In this document: positions 23,501-36,100 of the stretch, piece after piece
Position numbering within the stretch: the first letter of the stretch is position 1
Layout: each line of letters opens with the position of its first letter
Origin: Podarcis erhardii
Lineage: Eukaryota
Reading direction: 5' to 3' (one strand)
NCBI GenBank assembly: GCA_964252035.1
Contig: OZ176201.1
Length of the DNA: 64,000 nucleotides
Position numbers and translations under genes: made by a program
The notes under the pieces: generated by a model
Databases searched by the model: none
Told to the model about the DNA's origin: nothing
Seen by the model: only the letters and a program-made list of their open reading frames with translations

Positions 23501-24454
23501 TTGCTCAACTGAGGGAAGGAATAAAGAACCTTCGGGGGGTTTTTTCCTGCCAGGGTGGGGAAATCCACGCTGCGAATGGGCGGAACTAAAGATGAGGTAG
23601 CTGTGCACCGAGGGGAGCGAATTAGAGGGTTGCGCTGTGTCCCTCATTCAATCTTCCTCCTTCCCATAATAAAATCCGGTTTTCAATTGGCAGTTAAACG
23701 TTTGGGGGAAGCTATAAGAGGTGCTAAGTCGTTTTTCAGTCATGTTGAGTATCCTTCCGAATGGGAAGTCTGCGCATGTTTGATTCCTGGTGGTCTGAAG
23801 GGACATGGCTGAAACGAAGCAGGTTTGGGTCTGTTCAGTGACCGCCCCGGAACCACATGTAGAAGAAAGGCGGGATATAAATTTAAGAAAATAAGTAAAT
23901 CTAGCTATATAGGCAAGGTACTGTAAAGGATAATACAAAATTCCTCAAAAATGGCTACCATAGGATAAGAATTAGATTGAGAAGAGCACCAGGGAGTAGT
24001 AGAAAGAGTTCTTTGGTGGTTTTCTGCAAGTTTAAAGAACTGTAGGTGTGCTACAGGGTTTGCTATGTAAAGATAACATTTAACTGGTTTGGAAAGAGAA
24101 GGATTTCTAGAGGGTTGATAGAAACTTGTAAAATAAGATAAGCAAGGCTACATGACATAGGTGATTTGCCTTTGCCAATTTTCCTTTCTGGAGAAAAAAA
24201 TGGTCTTTACCATTGTGAGAAAACTGGTAGCTTGAGTAGCTGTTGCAGCTGGGACCTGATTTCTCTTTATGCCTGTGTCATTTTGTAATAGGGTGGTATT
24301 CCAAATGGAAGAAAAATCCCAGACGCAGGGCAATCCTAACACATCACATCAGTCCACTTTGGGGTTTTCATAGTACTTGAGAATTGGCTGTCAGTTACAG
24401 CTGTTGCATCCAGTATAGAAGAATCCCCATATAGCATACCTGCTTGTCTTCATC

Positions 24455-27400
24455 ATGGCCTTTCCAGAGCCAAAACTGAAGAAGCCTGAGTTGCCAAATA
24501 AACTTCTGGGCACACTGGAATGTAAACAGGGAGCTGTCAGGGCAGTGAGGTTCAATGGTGAGTATATCCTTGATCCTATAACATGGTGTTGAATTTTTAG
24601 AACCAGAAAAACCAAGCAGAATCTAGTGTGTGATTTACAATTTTTGAAGGTGAAGTTTTGGTAGCCTGTTGCAGTTAAACCAGCAAGGAGTCTTGTGACG
24701 CCTTAGTTAATGCAGGTGTGGGGATGCTGTGACCTGGATGTTACTGGACTACAACTCCCATCATTCCTGATTGTTGGCTGGGGCTGGTGGGAGTTGGAAT
24801 TCAGTAACAGCTGGAGGGTCACAGCTTCTTCTCTTTTGCCTTAAAGAACAACAAATTTTATTACGGCATAAGTCTTTGAAAACAATGGTCCGCTTCATCA
24901 GATGCATGAAGTGCAATCCTTAGTTACCTGGTATATATACACAGAAAAGTGCAAAGGGGAAAAACCCAAAAGTTGGCGCTGAATGGCAATGCAATGCATA
25001 AAGTATTAGGGCAGTATTCAACTAAAGGTTTGTGCTAGTGCAAGGATTAACACTAGCACAGTGGGCTTTTCCCTTCTTCTACACTGTATGCCCTGTGCCA
25101 TCCCCAAATCCGCTCTGGAGGGTTGTGGGTGGGGACAGATGTAGAGTGGGGGATGTAGAGTGGGGGACCCAGAACAGATGTAGAGTAGGGGGTGGGGAGA
25201 AGGGAGAGAGATACTGTTCCATTGCTCAAGAGGAAATCTTTGCACTGATGGAACATTCAGTTTAGTGCCAAGTTGAATATAATCCTTAGTGATTCACGAG
25301 CTAAAGAAAATAATGATTGGGGGAAGGTGTCTATACCGTGGTTATAGGTTTCTTGCTCGGGGAGAAAATTTGTGCCTGCAGCAGGAATAGTGGAACCTGT
25401 GTAGCACATGCAGAAAATAGGAAAGGCAAATCTGTCAGGAACACTGCTGAAGAGTGTTGCATTAGATACTGTTCAATGAGTTTTTCCTCTCCCCCCCCCC
25501 CCCGCAGTGGATGGAAATTATTGTCTCACCTGTGGCAGTGACAAATCACTTAAGCTCTGGAACCCCCTCAAAGGCACTCTCCTTAAGACTTACAGCGGCC
25601 ATGGCTATGAAGTTCTGGATGCAGCAGGGTAAGAACTGGGGAAAGGGAGCCACTCTTTTGGAAAAAGAGATTTTGTGGTGAAATACCACCAGAAATTTTG
25701 AGATGGTATGCCCTTTTAAAATGTGGCTCTTTTTGGGGGGAGGGTTATTGGGTTGTTGTTTTTATTTTGATTATATATATTGTGGTTTTATATTTTGACT
25801 TTGTTCTGTGAACCACCCTGAGACCTCCAGGTATAGGGTAGTACAGTGGTACCTTGGTTTGCATATGTCTTGGTTTGCATATGTTTTGGATTACAAACAC
25901 GTCAAACCCAGAAGTGTGTGTCCCTGTTTGCAACCTTTTTTTGGATTACAACCCATTTCTTTTGGATTACGAACAATTTTTTGGGGGGAGGCCCCATTGG
26001 CGAAAGCGCGCCTTGGGTTACAACCTCTTTCTGGAACGGATTATGGTTGTAAACCAAGGTACGACTGTATATAAAATCAATCAATCAATAAAAAAAACTG
26101 GCTGGAAAGCAGGTGGGTCACTGGTCAGAACTTTTGTGGTCTATGCCTCGTCTACTTTTCTACTGGAGTTGTGAGCAGGGCAAAGTAGAGTTTTAAGAAT
26201 TGCTTGGTAAACAAATTAAATCCTCTGACCTGCCTGTGTTGCATAAATTTAACTTTTAATGTTATACAATACAGCTGGAAAACAAATAATTTATAAAATT
26301 CATAATCAAAAGAAAAAGATATGGATGAATAAAATTTTTACATTCCGGAAAGAAAGAAAAATCAATTTCTCCATGAAGCTATCAGTTGTATATTAAACCA
26401 ATTTAAATGAATTGTCTTAATTTGCAAAACTTGAACTTGCTAGCTGTTGGGAGAAAACCTGTGAATAGCATAGTAATACTGTCTCACTACCCAGCCAGTG
26501 ATAATAGGATATCCTATTCAGTCCCTGCTCCATATATTTGAACCCATGTTTAATGTCCTAAGGTTTGAAACTTAGCTTTTGAAAAATTAAATCTGACATT
26601 CTTAATACAGTAAGAATACAGTAATTCAGGGAGTTGCACATACAGGAAGCAATCAGGATGCTTTCCCTATCATTATCTGTCTCTATCCACTCTGCAGATC
26701 ATTTGATAACAGCCAGCTTTGTTCATGTGGTGCAGACAAGACAGTAGTGTTGTGGGATGTTGCCACAGGTCAAGTGATTCGCAAGTTCCGTGGCCATGCA
26801 GGGGTAAGACCTCTTCTGTCCTTTGTCCCTTCCAAGAAAATGGAACAGAGTAACTTCCCTGGATCAGACCACTCTAGTTTAGCATCCTTTTCACCACAGT
26901 GACCAATCTCAAATCTCACAAGCTGGGTATGAGAGCTTTTGTTTCTCAGTGGCCGGTACTCAAAATCGTGCTGCCTCTGATTTTGGAAGACTGTAATGTA
27001 TAGCTGTCATGACTAGTAGCCATTGATAGCTTTATCCTCCATTACTTTGTTCAGTTCCAAGTCATTTATGTTGGTTGTCATTACCACATCTTGTGGCAGT
27101 GAATTCCATAGTTTAACTATGTGCTGTGTTAAGAAATCCTTCCTTTTGACTGTCCCGAATCTTCCACCAGTTTCATTGGATCACCCCAGGTTATAATGCT
27201 ATATGACAGGGGGAAAAGGTCTGTGTCCACTTTTTCTGTACCCTGTATAATTTTATATACTGCTATCATGTGTGTGCATCCTACTTACTCACCTTTTTTC
27301 CTAAACTAAAAAGCACCAAATACTGCAATCTTTCTGCATAGGTGAGTTTCTTCACCCACCTGATCATTTTGCTTGCCCTTTTCGGCACATGATTCAAATA

Positions 27401-30400
27401 TCCAGCTTTATGCACATAAGAAAGTGAATTCTTCTGAGCTTCCACTGGGGGATGACGGTAGAAATGTGTCCTGCCTCATAGTGACTGGATAATGTCTGCA
27501 GTTTTGTCTATTTGGCATCTAAAAATCTGTGCGGTAGAAAATACTATTGACACATTAGATACTACAGTAGGAGGAAGTTTATGAGAAGTGTCAAAATATT
27601 GCCTGCTGGCTACAAAACTACATTGGATGTTTGGCTTGTGGGGTGGAAATAGTAATGAAGAGAGAGCTCTGTAGAAGTTCAAGGAGTTCAAAGAGTTGAG
27701 GTACTTTGTGTAGAAATGTGGCAGGAATGGGAACAGAGAATGTAATCCTTCTATGCTTGAATCTGTTAAACCAGTCGGACAATAATTGCTTATCTCATTC
27801 TCTTCTCTCTATCCTCACCTGGCAGAAAGTAAACTGTGTCCAGTTCAATGAAGAGGCAACTGTGATCCTTTCAGGTAAGGAATGCTTTCCTTCTCACTCT
27901 GCTTCACTGTTAATCCCAGAGAACTCATTTTAGGCTCTACTCAATATACTTCTTTGCTCTCTTGCAGGTGCCATTGACTCCAGTGTCCGCTGCTGGGATT
28001 GCCGGTCACGCAGACCAGATCCCATCCAAATCCTGGATGAGGCCAAGGATGGCATTTCCAGTCTGAAGGTGTCAGACCATGAAATCCTTACAGGGTAAGG
28101 AAAGGTGGAATGAAGTTAGAGCTGGTGAGGGTAAATTCCCTGCCGTGCGAAGTCCACGCTGGACCTTGGGATCTGTTAAGGGCTTCCCAACCCATCCAGG
28201 TGTGTTTCACCCCTCTACTCATCTGCAATGGATTGAAGGAAGCAGACTCAGGAAGGCCGCAATCACATTTCAAAATACAGTGTATGGCCACTGACATTGT
28301 TTTGTTATTTATAATTATTATAAATATAAAACTTTTTAACATTATATATTCTATGCTGTTCTCATAAAGCTGGTGTTTTGCATTACCAGCATTTGACAAT
28401 ACTTGACTGACCAATTGATCAGATTCTTTTTGGACTAATAAAAAGCCCAATCCTAAAGTCACACAGCTGTGTAGATCCATACCCTGTAGTATCCTCTCAT
28501 TTCTAAACTTTCATCAGAAACGAAGAAATATTTTCAGTGTTTGCTCCAAAAGGGAGAAAGTTAGTTTCAAAAGAATACAGGCGTATATGGAATCCTGTCC
28601 CACAACTTGAGTTCCATGGTTTGAAAACCAGGAATGTAGAAAGGGCACCCTTTGAGACCTCGGGGTCGTCCGCCAATGTGCTTGCTGAGTGCCACCCTCC
28701 TGCTGCCAGCTAATTTCCACTGCCCCTTTTTTTATTTCTCAGTTCTGTGGATGGGCGTGTCCGTCGCTATGACCTCCGTGCTGGGGAGCTCTACTCAGAT
28801 TACATTGGAAGTGAGTGTTGCTTACAGACTTGTTGACAATTTGGTATGATGAGAGACAGTTTTCAGGGTGATGGTTCCTGTTGCATTTCCTTTGCCTCCC
28901 TCACCTGTATTCCCCTGCCTCTTCTCTTTAGCAGATGCCCCTCAGGTCCAAACCGAAGGGACTCTGCCACATCTTGTATCATGTCCGACACTGACTCATT
29001 CTAGGAAGTGGGTAGACTTGATCTCTGCAAGCTACTATTCCTTCCTTCCTTCCTAATTTGTAGCCCTGAAGAAACTCCTAAGAACAAGTTCTGATGGGGG
29101 TTGCCCAGAATCTTACACTTTTTTGTTTCTTGATGCAATCAAACCCAACACTGCCATATTTTCATTATAGGTCCCATCACCTGCGTGTGTTTCAGCAAAG
29201 ATGGGCAATGTACCCTGGCTGCTAGCTTGGATTCTACTCTGCGTTTGCTGGACAAGGATACGGGCGAACTACTAGGAGAGTAAGCAATGCAGTTATTTAG
29301 TCCTGTCATTAAAGCTTGCCCTACCCCACCCTGTTGTCGACACACAATAGCAGCTCTAAAGAGTGACTGTTCTTCAGCATTTGGGTGCAGCCCTAAGTGT
29401 ACGAGTGCTTCCATGTAAAAGAACCTAGAGGACTAGAGAAATTTGTGCAATACAGATCTTTATACATTGAATCAGAGCCACAGTCAGTCTGCCTTGAACT
29501 CTGGTGATGCTGGGCTTTTGTTATCCTCCATCTACCTTGCTAGGGACTAGTAACAACCATAGGTGGACTGATGGGGGAAAGCCTGACTGAGAAAAGCAGA
29601 AATATTCTCCTCTTTCTCATCCCATCCCCCCCATGACACCCCTAGATATACAGGCCACAAGAATGTAACCTATAAGATGGACTGCTGCATGAGCGAGAGG
29701 GACACTCATATCGGGAGCTGCTCCGAGGATGGGAAGGTGTACTTCTGGGACCTGGTGGAGGTGAGCAGAATGACCTGGGGAAATGGAGAGGTTTCTTCTT
29801 GGGCGGTCCTGTGACTTACCAGTGTTTCATGGGAGTTGAGCCACAGATACTGTGTGTGGAGGGGTGCAGTTTGGGGGGCTTGAATTCCATTTGGTTCGAT
29901 AAGGCAACATTTAACCTTGGAGAACAAAGCATGAAACCTTCTCTCCAAATTGTTGGTGGTCAGACTTTAGCTCAGTGCCTTAACTGCTGACAGTAATCGT
30001 AGCTGTTTTTTGTATGACCTAGTTGCCTGAATATGACCTGAATATGACCACTAAGAACATAGGCAGAGAAATTCATACATAGCATTTTCCAATCTATGTG
30101 TTAAATGAACAGTTAAAGCAGTGGTTTTCAGCCAGTGTGCAGTGGCACCCTGGGGTGCTTTGAATGATGGTCAGGGGTGCCGTGGGCAACAATGGCCTCT
30201 GTCCCTCTTTCCTTCCCTCCCTCCCTCTGGTGCCCTCATGTCTCTGCCTCCCAAAGGCTTGCAGAGTTATTTATTGCAGCAGCCCTGGCTACAAGCTCCC
30301 CAGGCGAATGGTGCCTCTGGGGCTGGTCAGGGAGGATCAAGGGGGCAGCTCAGGGACCAGGGGAGGCAGCTGCAGCTGCCCAGAGGACTCCCAAGGACAG

Positions 30401-31078
30401 GCAATTGGAAAGGAGGCTGAGGGAGTACCTGCACAAGGAAGGGTGTTTGAAAAAGGGTGAAAAGCTGCCAGCTCGGCAGGCAAGGGGTGACATAACTGGG
30501 CTCCTGAGCCCCAGAGAGGTGCCACAGAAAGAATGTAGTTGGTCAAGGGAGCCATGGACTCAAAAACATTGAAAATCTCTGAGTTAAAGTGTTACGTAGA
30601 CCACTATCACTTATCTGAAGTTTATGGGAAGAAGCGCTTTTGATGCAACTGTATTGGTTAAAAGCTAAATACAAGATTTTAAATCTCTGGTGTAAATAAC
30701 ATTCCTCATGACCATTGAGGATCAGGTACAGTTTGCATGCTTTCCACTGCAAGGCATTTCTTCTCTTTCCTCTCTTGAACTTGGACTGTCCCTTTCTCAT
30801 ATTGATCATTCAGCACAAGAGGTGGTGCTTGAAAAGCAGATGCAATTCTGAACTCCAGCCCATGTCTAGCTGCCCAAGTGTTAGGAGTAGGTTATCTTCA
30901 TTATTCTTCTCTCTCCTCTTCACAGGGGTCCCTTGCCCTGAGCTTGCCTGTGAGCAAGACTGCAGTTCAGTCTCTGTCCTTCCACCCAACTGAGTCTTGC
31001 TTGCTCACTGCTGCAGAGGGCCGTGTGCAGTTTTGGAGGGAGGAGTCGTACGTGGCTGAGGAAGGGGAACCAGCCTGA
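24455..31078 (+). CDS. WDR83: WD repeat domain-containing protein 83 (MORG1), 316 aa, 9 coding exons
   Basis: Exons 24455-24557, 25508-25628, 26698-26803, 27826-27874, 27968-28094, 28743-28810, 29171-29279, 29646-29760, 30926-31078 (951 nt, all GT-AG). MAFPEPKLKKPELP...GAVRAVRFNVDGNYCLTCGSDK...EESYVAEEGEPA* matches recalled WDR83. Confidence 0.96.
24843..24910. mobile_element. Possible Penelope-like element remnant
   Basis: ttttattacggcataagtctttg...ccgcttcatcagatgcatgaagtg resembles recalled reptile Penelope terminal-repeat sequence. Confidence 0.3.
25844..26067. mobile_element. Tc1/mariner (Tigger-like) MITE inserted into an L2-type 3' tail
   Basis: TIRs CAGTGGTACCTTGG / CCAAGGTACGACTG with TA duplication. 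It interrupts tgtgaaccaccctgagacctccaggtatagggtagTA|tataaaatcaat. Confidence 0.8.
26850..27390 (-). mobile_element. CR1 LINE 3' fragment in WDR83 intron 3
   Basis: The - strand translates VLFSLGKK...MIAVYKIIQGTEKVDTD and continues into CR1 ORF2-end and 3' UTR-like sequence. Confidence 0.7.
30119..30581. mobile_element. hAT (Charlie-like) non-autonomous element in the last WDR83 intron
   Basis: TIRs CAGTGGTTTTCA / TGAAAATCTCTG; perfect 8-bp TSD AGTTAAAG at 30111-30118 and 30582-30589. Confidence 0.8.
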
Positions 31079-32096
31079 TGGTCCCTGTCCTGGCTTGAGT
31101 GGAGGACCGAAGCTGCAAGGAGATGGAACTCTCAGCCATACTTCTCTTCAGAAGCACAGTACTGTTTCCACTGCCTTCGGGAAGGTGTGCAACACTGGAC
31201 TCCCCTGCTCTTTGGAATCACACTTTGCAACTGGTGCTTGTAACACTTACTTACAATCTCTCAGTTCCATACCAGTTTCCAGAGGGATGGCCATGTTAGT
31301 CTCTCTTCCTCAACCATCAGCAGGTTTCTGTTTTTAAGTACTCTCATCTTTCAACATTAATACCTGAGTTGATTGTTCTCCCCCCCCCCAAAAAAAAAAG
31401 ACTGTATTGTTTTACTGAAAACTAAGTAAAGTTAAGTTGTTTTTCAGAATGGTCATTTGCCTAAGGCCACTTAGTGGCTTCATGACCTTGCAGGTAGGGA
31501 TCTAAGCCGGGTTGCTCACATTCAGCCCCATAACTGAAGTCACTGCTCTACATTGGCTCTTGTGTACTTCAGCATAAATACTATATAAGGAGGCCAGACT
31601 GGAATGCAGTAGTCACCAGTCACACAACTGGACAGCTCAGTGCACTGCATCACACCACATCCTGGTAGGAGCCTCCTGGCGCAAGTTTAGCCACATTGTT
31701 CAAACCGGCTTTACCGGTCTGGGAAACAAAAATTCCCTGTAGTTGTGTTGATGTTTAATATCAATGAGAAAAACATAAAGCATGCTGGGACACAAGAGAG
31801 TAGGCCTAAGTGCCAAACAGAGACATTTTAAAGAGCTTACTACAAACAGCAGGCAGATCCAATGGTTGGAGCCCTGCTTGCCACACTGTTGCTCGAAGAG
31901 TGCTTAGGTATCTAGGAGTTAGGCAGCACTTCCTTCCACTTTCCTGATATTTCCTTACCTGATAATTTTTGTGTTTCATGTGATCAACAGCTATTTACTT
32001 TCATGAAACTAATGCCCAAACTTCACAACATGTACCTAAGAGGTACATGGCGGAGTAGTGACCAGATATTTCTGAAGTCACAACTCTATTGTTTTA

Positions 32097-32321
32097 CAGT
32101 GGTACCACTAGTTATGAACTTAATTCATTCTGGAGGTCAGTTCTTAACCTGAAACTGTTCTTAACTAGAGGTGTGCTTTCGCTAATGGGGCCTCTTGTTG
32201 CCGCAGCGCCACCAGTACACTATTTCCGTTCTCATCCTGGGGCAAAGTTCTCAACTCGAGGTAACTCTTCCAGGTTAGCGGAGTTTGTAACCTAAGGCAT
32301 TTGTAACTCTAGGTACCACTG
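32097..32321. mobile_element. Tigger-like MITE
   Basis: TIRs CAGTGGTACC / GGTACCACTG with TA flanks; same family and orientation as 40659-40889. Confidence 0.8.
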
Positions 32322-32353
32322 TATTGTGTTTGCTTCCCTGCTTTAATAGGTAT

Positions 32354-32359
32354 TTTATT
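32354..32359 (-). terminator. Candidate FBXW9 polyadenylation signal AATAAA
   Basis: tttatt on the + strand, about 830 nt past the FBXW9 stop, with ATTAAA just downstream on the - strand. Confidence 0.4.
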
Positions 32360-32535
32360 GCATTGGGGTATTTTTAAATAGCTATTACCCAGCCAAGTCA
32401 GAAATGGAAACAAACTGAAGGCAAGAGCTGCTTCCCATAACAACTGTATTACAATTACTACTTGCATTCTGAAAACTAGATTCTTTATCAAATCCTACAA
32501 CTTTTCCTGCTGCCTTGGGATGGGGGAAACTCAGG

Positions 32536-32537
<2 letters not shown>

Positions 32538-32575
<38 letters not shown>

Positions 32576-32583
32576 TGTGTGTG
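32538..32583. repeat. (TG)n microsatellite
   Basis: About 18 uninterrupted TG units plus an imperfect tail. Confidence 0.95.
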
Positions 32584-33191
32584 CAAACTGTTGACTTTTG
32601 CGCTGCTGGAATGTAGCCTGTTGTATAAAGATAAGCAGGCTTTTACAAACAGCATGTTTGCAAAACAAAACAAGGAACCATCACTCCTGATCAGCCATGA
32701 AACAAAACAAGGCACCATCACTCCTGATCAGCCATTTTTAATTTAAAGTTGTAAACATGGATCAGAACTGGGTCACTAGACGGTGCTTTTAACCTGATGG
32801 GAAACTGCCCTCCCTTGTTCTCGTAACTCTTTTCCCTCAAGCTGACATTCCTCAGGCTCGGAGCTGTGCCTCTAGGATAATATCCTTTCACCTGAAGGGC
32901 CAGCTAGTTCTCTTCATTGACCATGCCACTCAGCGGTGCTGCTCTCCTTAAGGCTGAGTGTGGCAAGAGAAATGGGAGTGAGCAGCTGACAGGGTTTGGA
33001 CATGTAGAGGTCCACTAATTTAGGAGCATGACTCTTGGTTACAAGCTACCTGGGACAAGTAAAGGCTGAACCTCCACCCCTAACCTCACAGCTCCAAAGA
33101 GCAGACAAAACAAAAACCTAACAACTCAATGGGCACTGGGAACCTGGGGGCAGGTTGTCTGAGACTTGGCACTTGTGTTTGCAAGTGTGGA

Positions 33192-36100
33192 TCACACACT
33201 GAGCTTCCAGACTTCTACAGAGACGCCACCAGAGGCAGCAACGGCCATGTTTCCTTCAACACTGATCTGAAAAAGAGGAGAAAGGAAAGGGTGGGTGGTG
33301 GAGTAAATCTAAGTACAGTGAGCAAAAGTCACAGAAGCCAAAAAACACACCCCAGCACATAACCCCACATAACAAAGACAGCTATGGATGCTTTCTCCCA
33401 CAATCTCCCCTGCTCCCTTTTTCAGGTTGGGGCCAGTATAAAAAGTCTGTAACTAGGTTGACGAGCACCCCCACAATCCTTACCCCATTTAGCACACAGC
33501 TGTGTGTGTGTGAACAGATGACCTTGGGCGGATCTGTGGGAACATGGATCTGGAAGAGAAATCCAAGAGGTTACGGTCTAGAAGCTTAAAATCTAATGAA
33601 ATGGAAAGTTGCGTTTCGGTACCACACAAACAATGGCTAAGTAGAGAAAATAGTGTATGGGACAGAGCAGATTGGTTCGGAGTCACAAGGGTGTTGTACC
33701 AAGGCAACTATTTGGTAAGAAAACCTCCAAAAGAATGACCTGTGTGACTGATAAAGACCAGGAGTGCACTGTGAAGCAATCGGTCTGCAATTGGGGCATG
33801 GAAACCTGGTATGAAAACAGCTTTGTGCGGGCTCTGGCCTTCCTTTATCATGGTTATGCCAAGCTATTAGTTCTCCCGCAGCTGGTGGGAGACTCCAGGG
33901 GTTTGGCTGCTTTAGCTAGGAAGATGCACCTTTCATGCTCTGTCTTTCAGCCTGAAAAATGGGCAGGTTTTGCTTTGCCCCCACAGGTGAAGGATGGGAT
34001 TGGGAAGCCCTGTCTCCTAGGCCTGTCTGTGGTTCAGACTTTTAACTTAAACACCACCACAATTCTTACACGCAGTGTCTTGTCAGTGGAAGTTGTGTAA
34101 AGTGCACCCAGTGAATGTTGGATTCCCGTGATCTGAGAGCGGTGACCCACATCGAAATACTGTGGAACAAAACAAAAACAGAGTGATGCTTTGAATGGGA
34201 GACAAATGCTAGTATGCTGCTGCTGCTTCTTTTACAACTGGTTAGGCACTAGCAGTTCGAAAGCACATCAAAGTGCAAGTAGATAAATAGGTACCACTCC
34301 TGAGGGAATGTTAACGGCGTTTCCGTGCGCTGCTCTGGTTCGCCAGAAGCGGCTTAGTCATGCTGGCCACATGCCGGCTCCCTCGGCCAATAAAGCGAGA
34401 TGAGCGCCACAACCCCAGAGTCAGTCACGACTGGAGCTAATGGTCAGGGGTCCCTTTACCTTTAGGCACTAGTGACTTCTATACTATCAGCAAAACATGC
34501 TTGTTTGGGTTCCGAAGCGACACTGGCAGAAGAAGAATGGCTCCAAATGGTCAAAGCTCATGAGATTTCTAAGGTGAATCCCAGCAGTGTTATAAATATC
34601 TCTACAATCTACTGAAAAGCAACACCTTATGCTAGGCTGTACTTAGCAAAGCACAAGTAATTTTGTGGGTGGAGATTAGAGAAGTACCATATTTCTCCGC
34701 GATTCAACTTCTCAGCGTACCCGGATGTGCTGGAAACACCCTCCTTTGTTTTCAAAGACATACAGCTGCCCATTGTTGTCTCCTGCCCATAGCTGAGCAC
34801 CATGGTATGACATGGTGAGGAGGTAAGAGTCCAGCTAGGGAAGGAATGGAACGCATGTCACTGGCATTAATCAAGGTATTGTACTAAAGTAAAGCAGATC
34901 GCTCAACTAAGTGAAATAAATTGTGTATGCTAAAGTAGAAAACAAAAAGATGCCACAAGTTACTTGCCAATATAAAATATGGGGCGAAATTCTTGAACCT
35001 AAATAAGGAAAATTAGCAGAACTGAGGCTAGGTTCAAACATAGTGCAAAACTATGCTTTGTGCTAACCATGAGCTTCCACATGAACAAGCAAACCATGGT
35101 TTAGAGCTGCTTTTCTGCCTTTAGTTTCCCATCTGGCTCAGCACTAAGCTTCAAAAGTTCACCCTTGAGTATTCGCTTGAGGTAGAGCTACTCCCATTTT
35201 CATGGTATAGCAGCCTCTTCAGGCAAAACAATGACCCCGACAAACCACTCTGTAAATTCAGTCAGAACAGAGCTTCTGTCTGTGGTTTCAAAGCCTGGTT
35301 TGCCAGTCCCAAACAAACTGGGAGCAAGCTCATAATGCGAAACCATGGTTCAGCTAAAGCAACTGTGGTTTCATGTAATGTCTGAATGCAGCCTGACTGT
35401 AAAGCAAAAACCGCCCTCTGGAACGTCTCCCACATGGCCTTGCCGTATAAACTTAGGAGAGTAAAGGTCAGGCAAGAGCAATGCCAAGTTAAAGAATACT
35501 TGGGCGAGGCCAGATCAAGGTTCCACTAAACTCAAGACTCTCAACTTGGAATGTGTAGCTTCCTGAGCCATATAGCCTCTGAGTTTTATTTAGCACAAGA
35601 ACATACCTAATCTGAACACAAGTAGAAGCCTGGGATTTGGTTTGTAGTCCCAGACCTTCAACTAATACAGAAATAAGTAGCACTCAAACCCACAGGATTA
35701 AGGATTCTCCTGACAAACTATGGAGACAACACCCACAGATCCTGGTTTTCTAAGTTGCTTTCTAAGGAATTCTTGGCCATCCTCAGCACAAAAAGGAGAG
35801 TCAAAGTCTGTAGCTCACCTGTAGCCTCTGGAGGACACTGTTGGCCCTCCTGTCAAAACACACCAGTGTTCGGTCCTCACTGCCAGAGAGAATGAAGCGC
35901 TCATCAGCGGCAAGTGATAGGACTGCACTGGAATGAAGCTTGCGGCTCTTCACTGGGGCTAGTGCAGCTGTGAGGGAGGACCGAGAGATGCATTAACAGA
36001 GCCCAGGCACTTACCTAAGATCTCACAAAAGAAATGCCTCATTCAGCAAGCACCTCACAGATATTCTCTCTCCCTTGTAGGCCATAGTCTTCCAGCTGAA

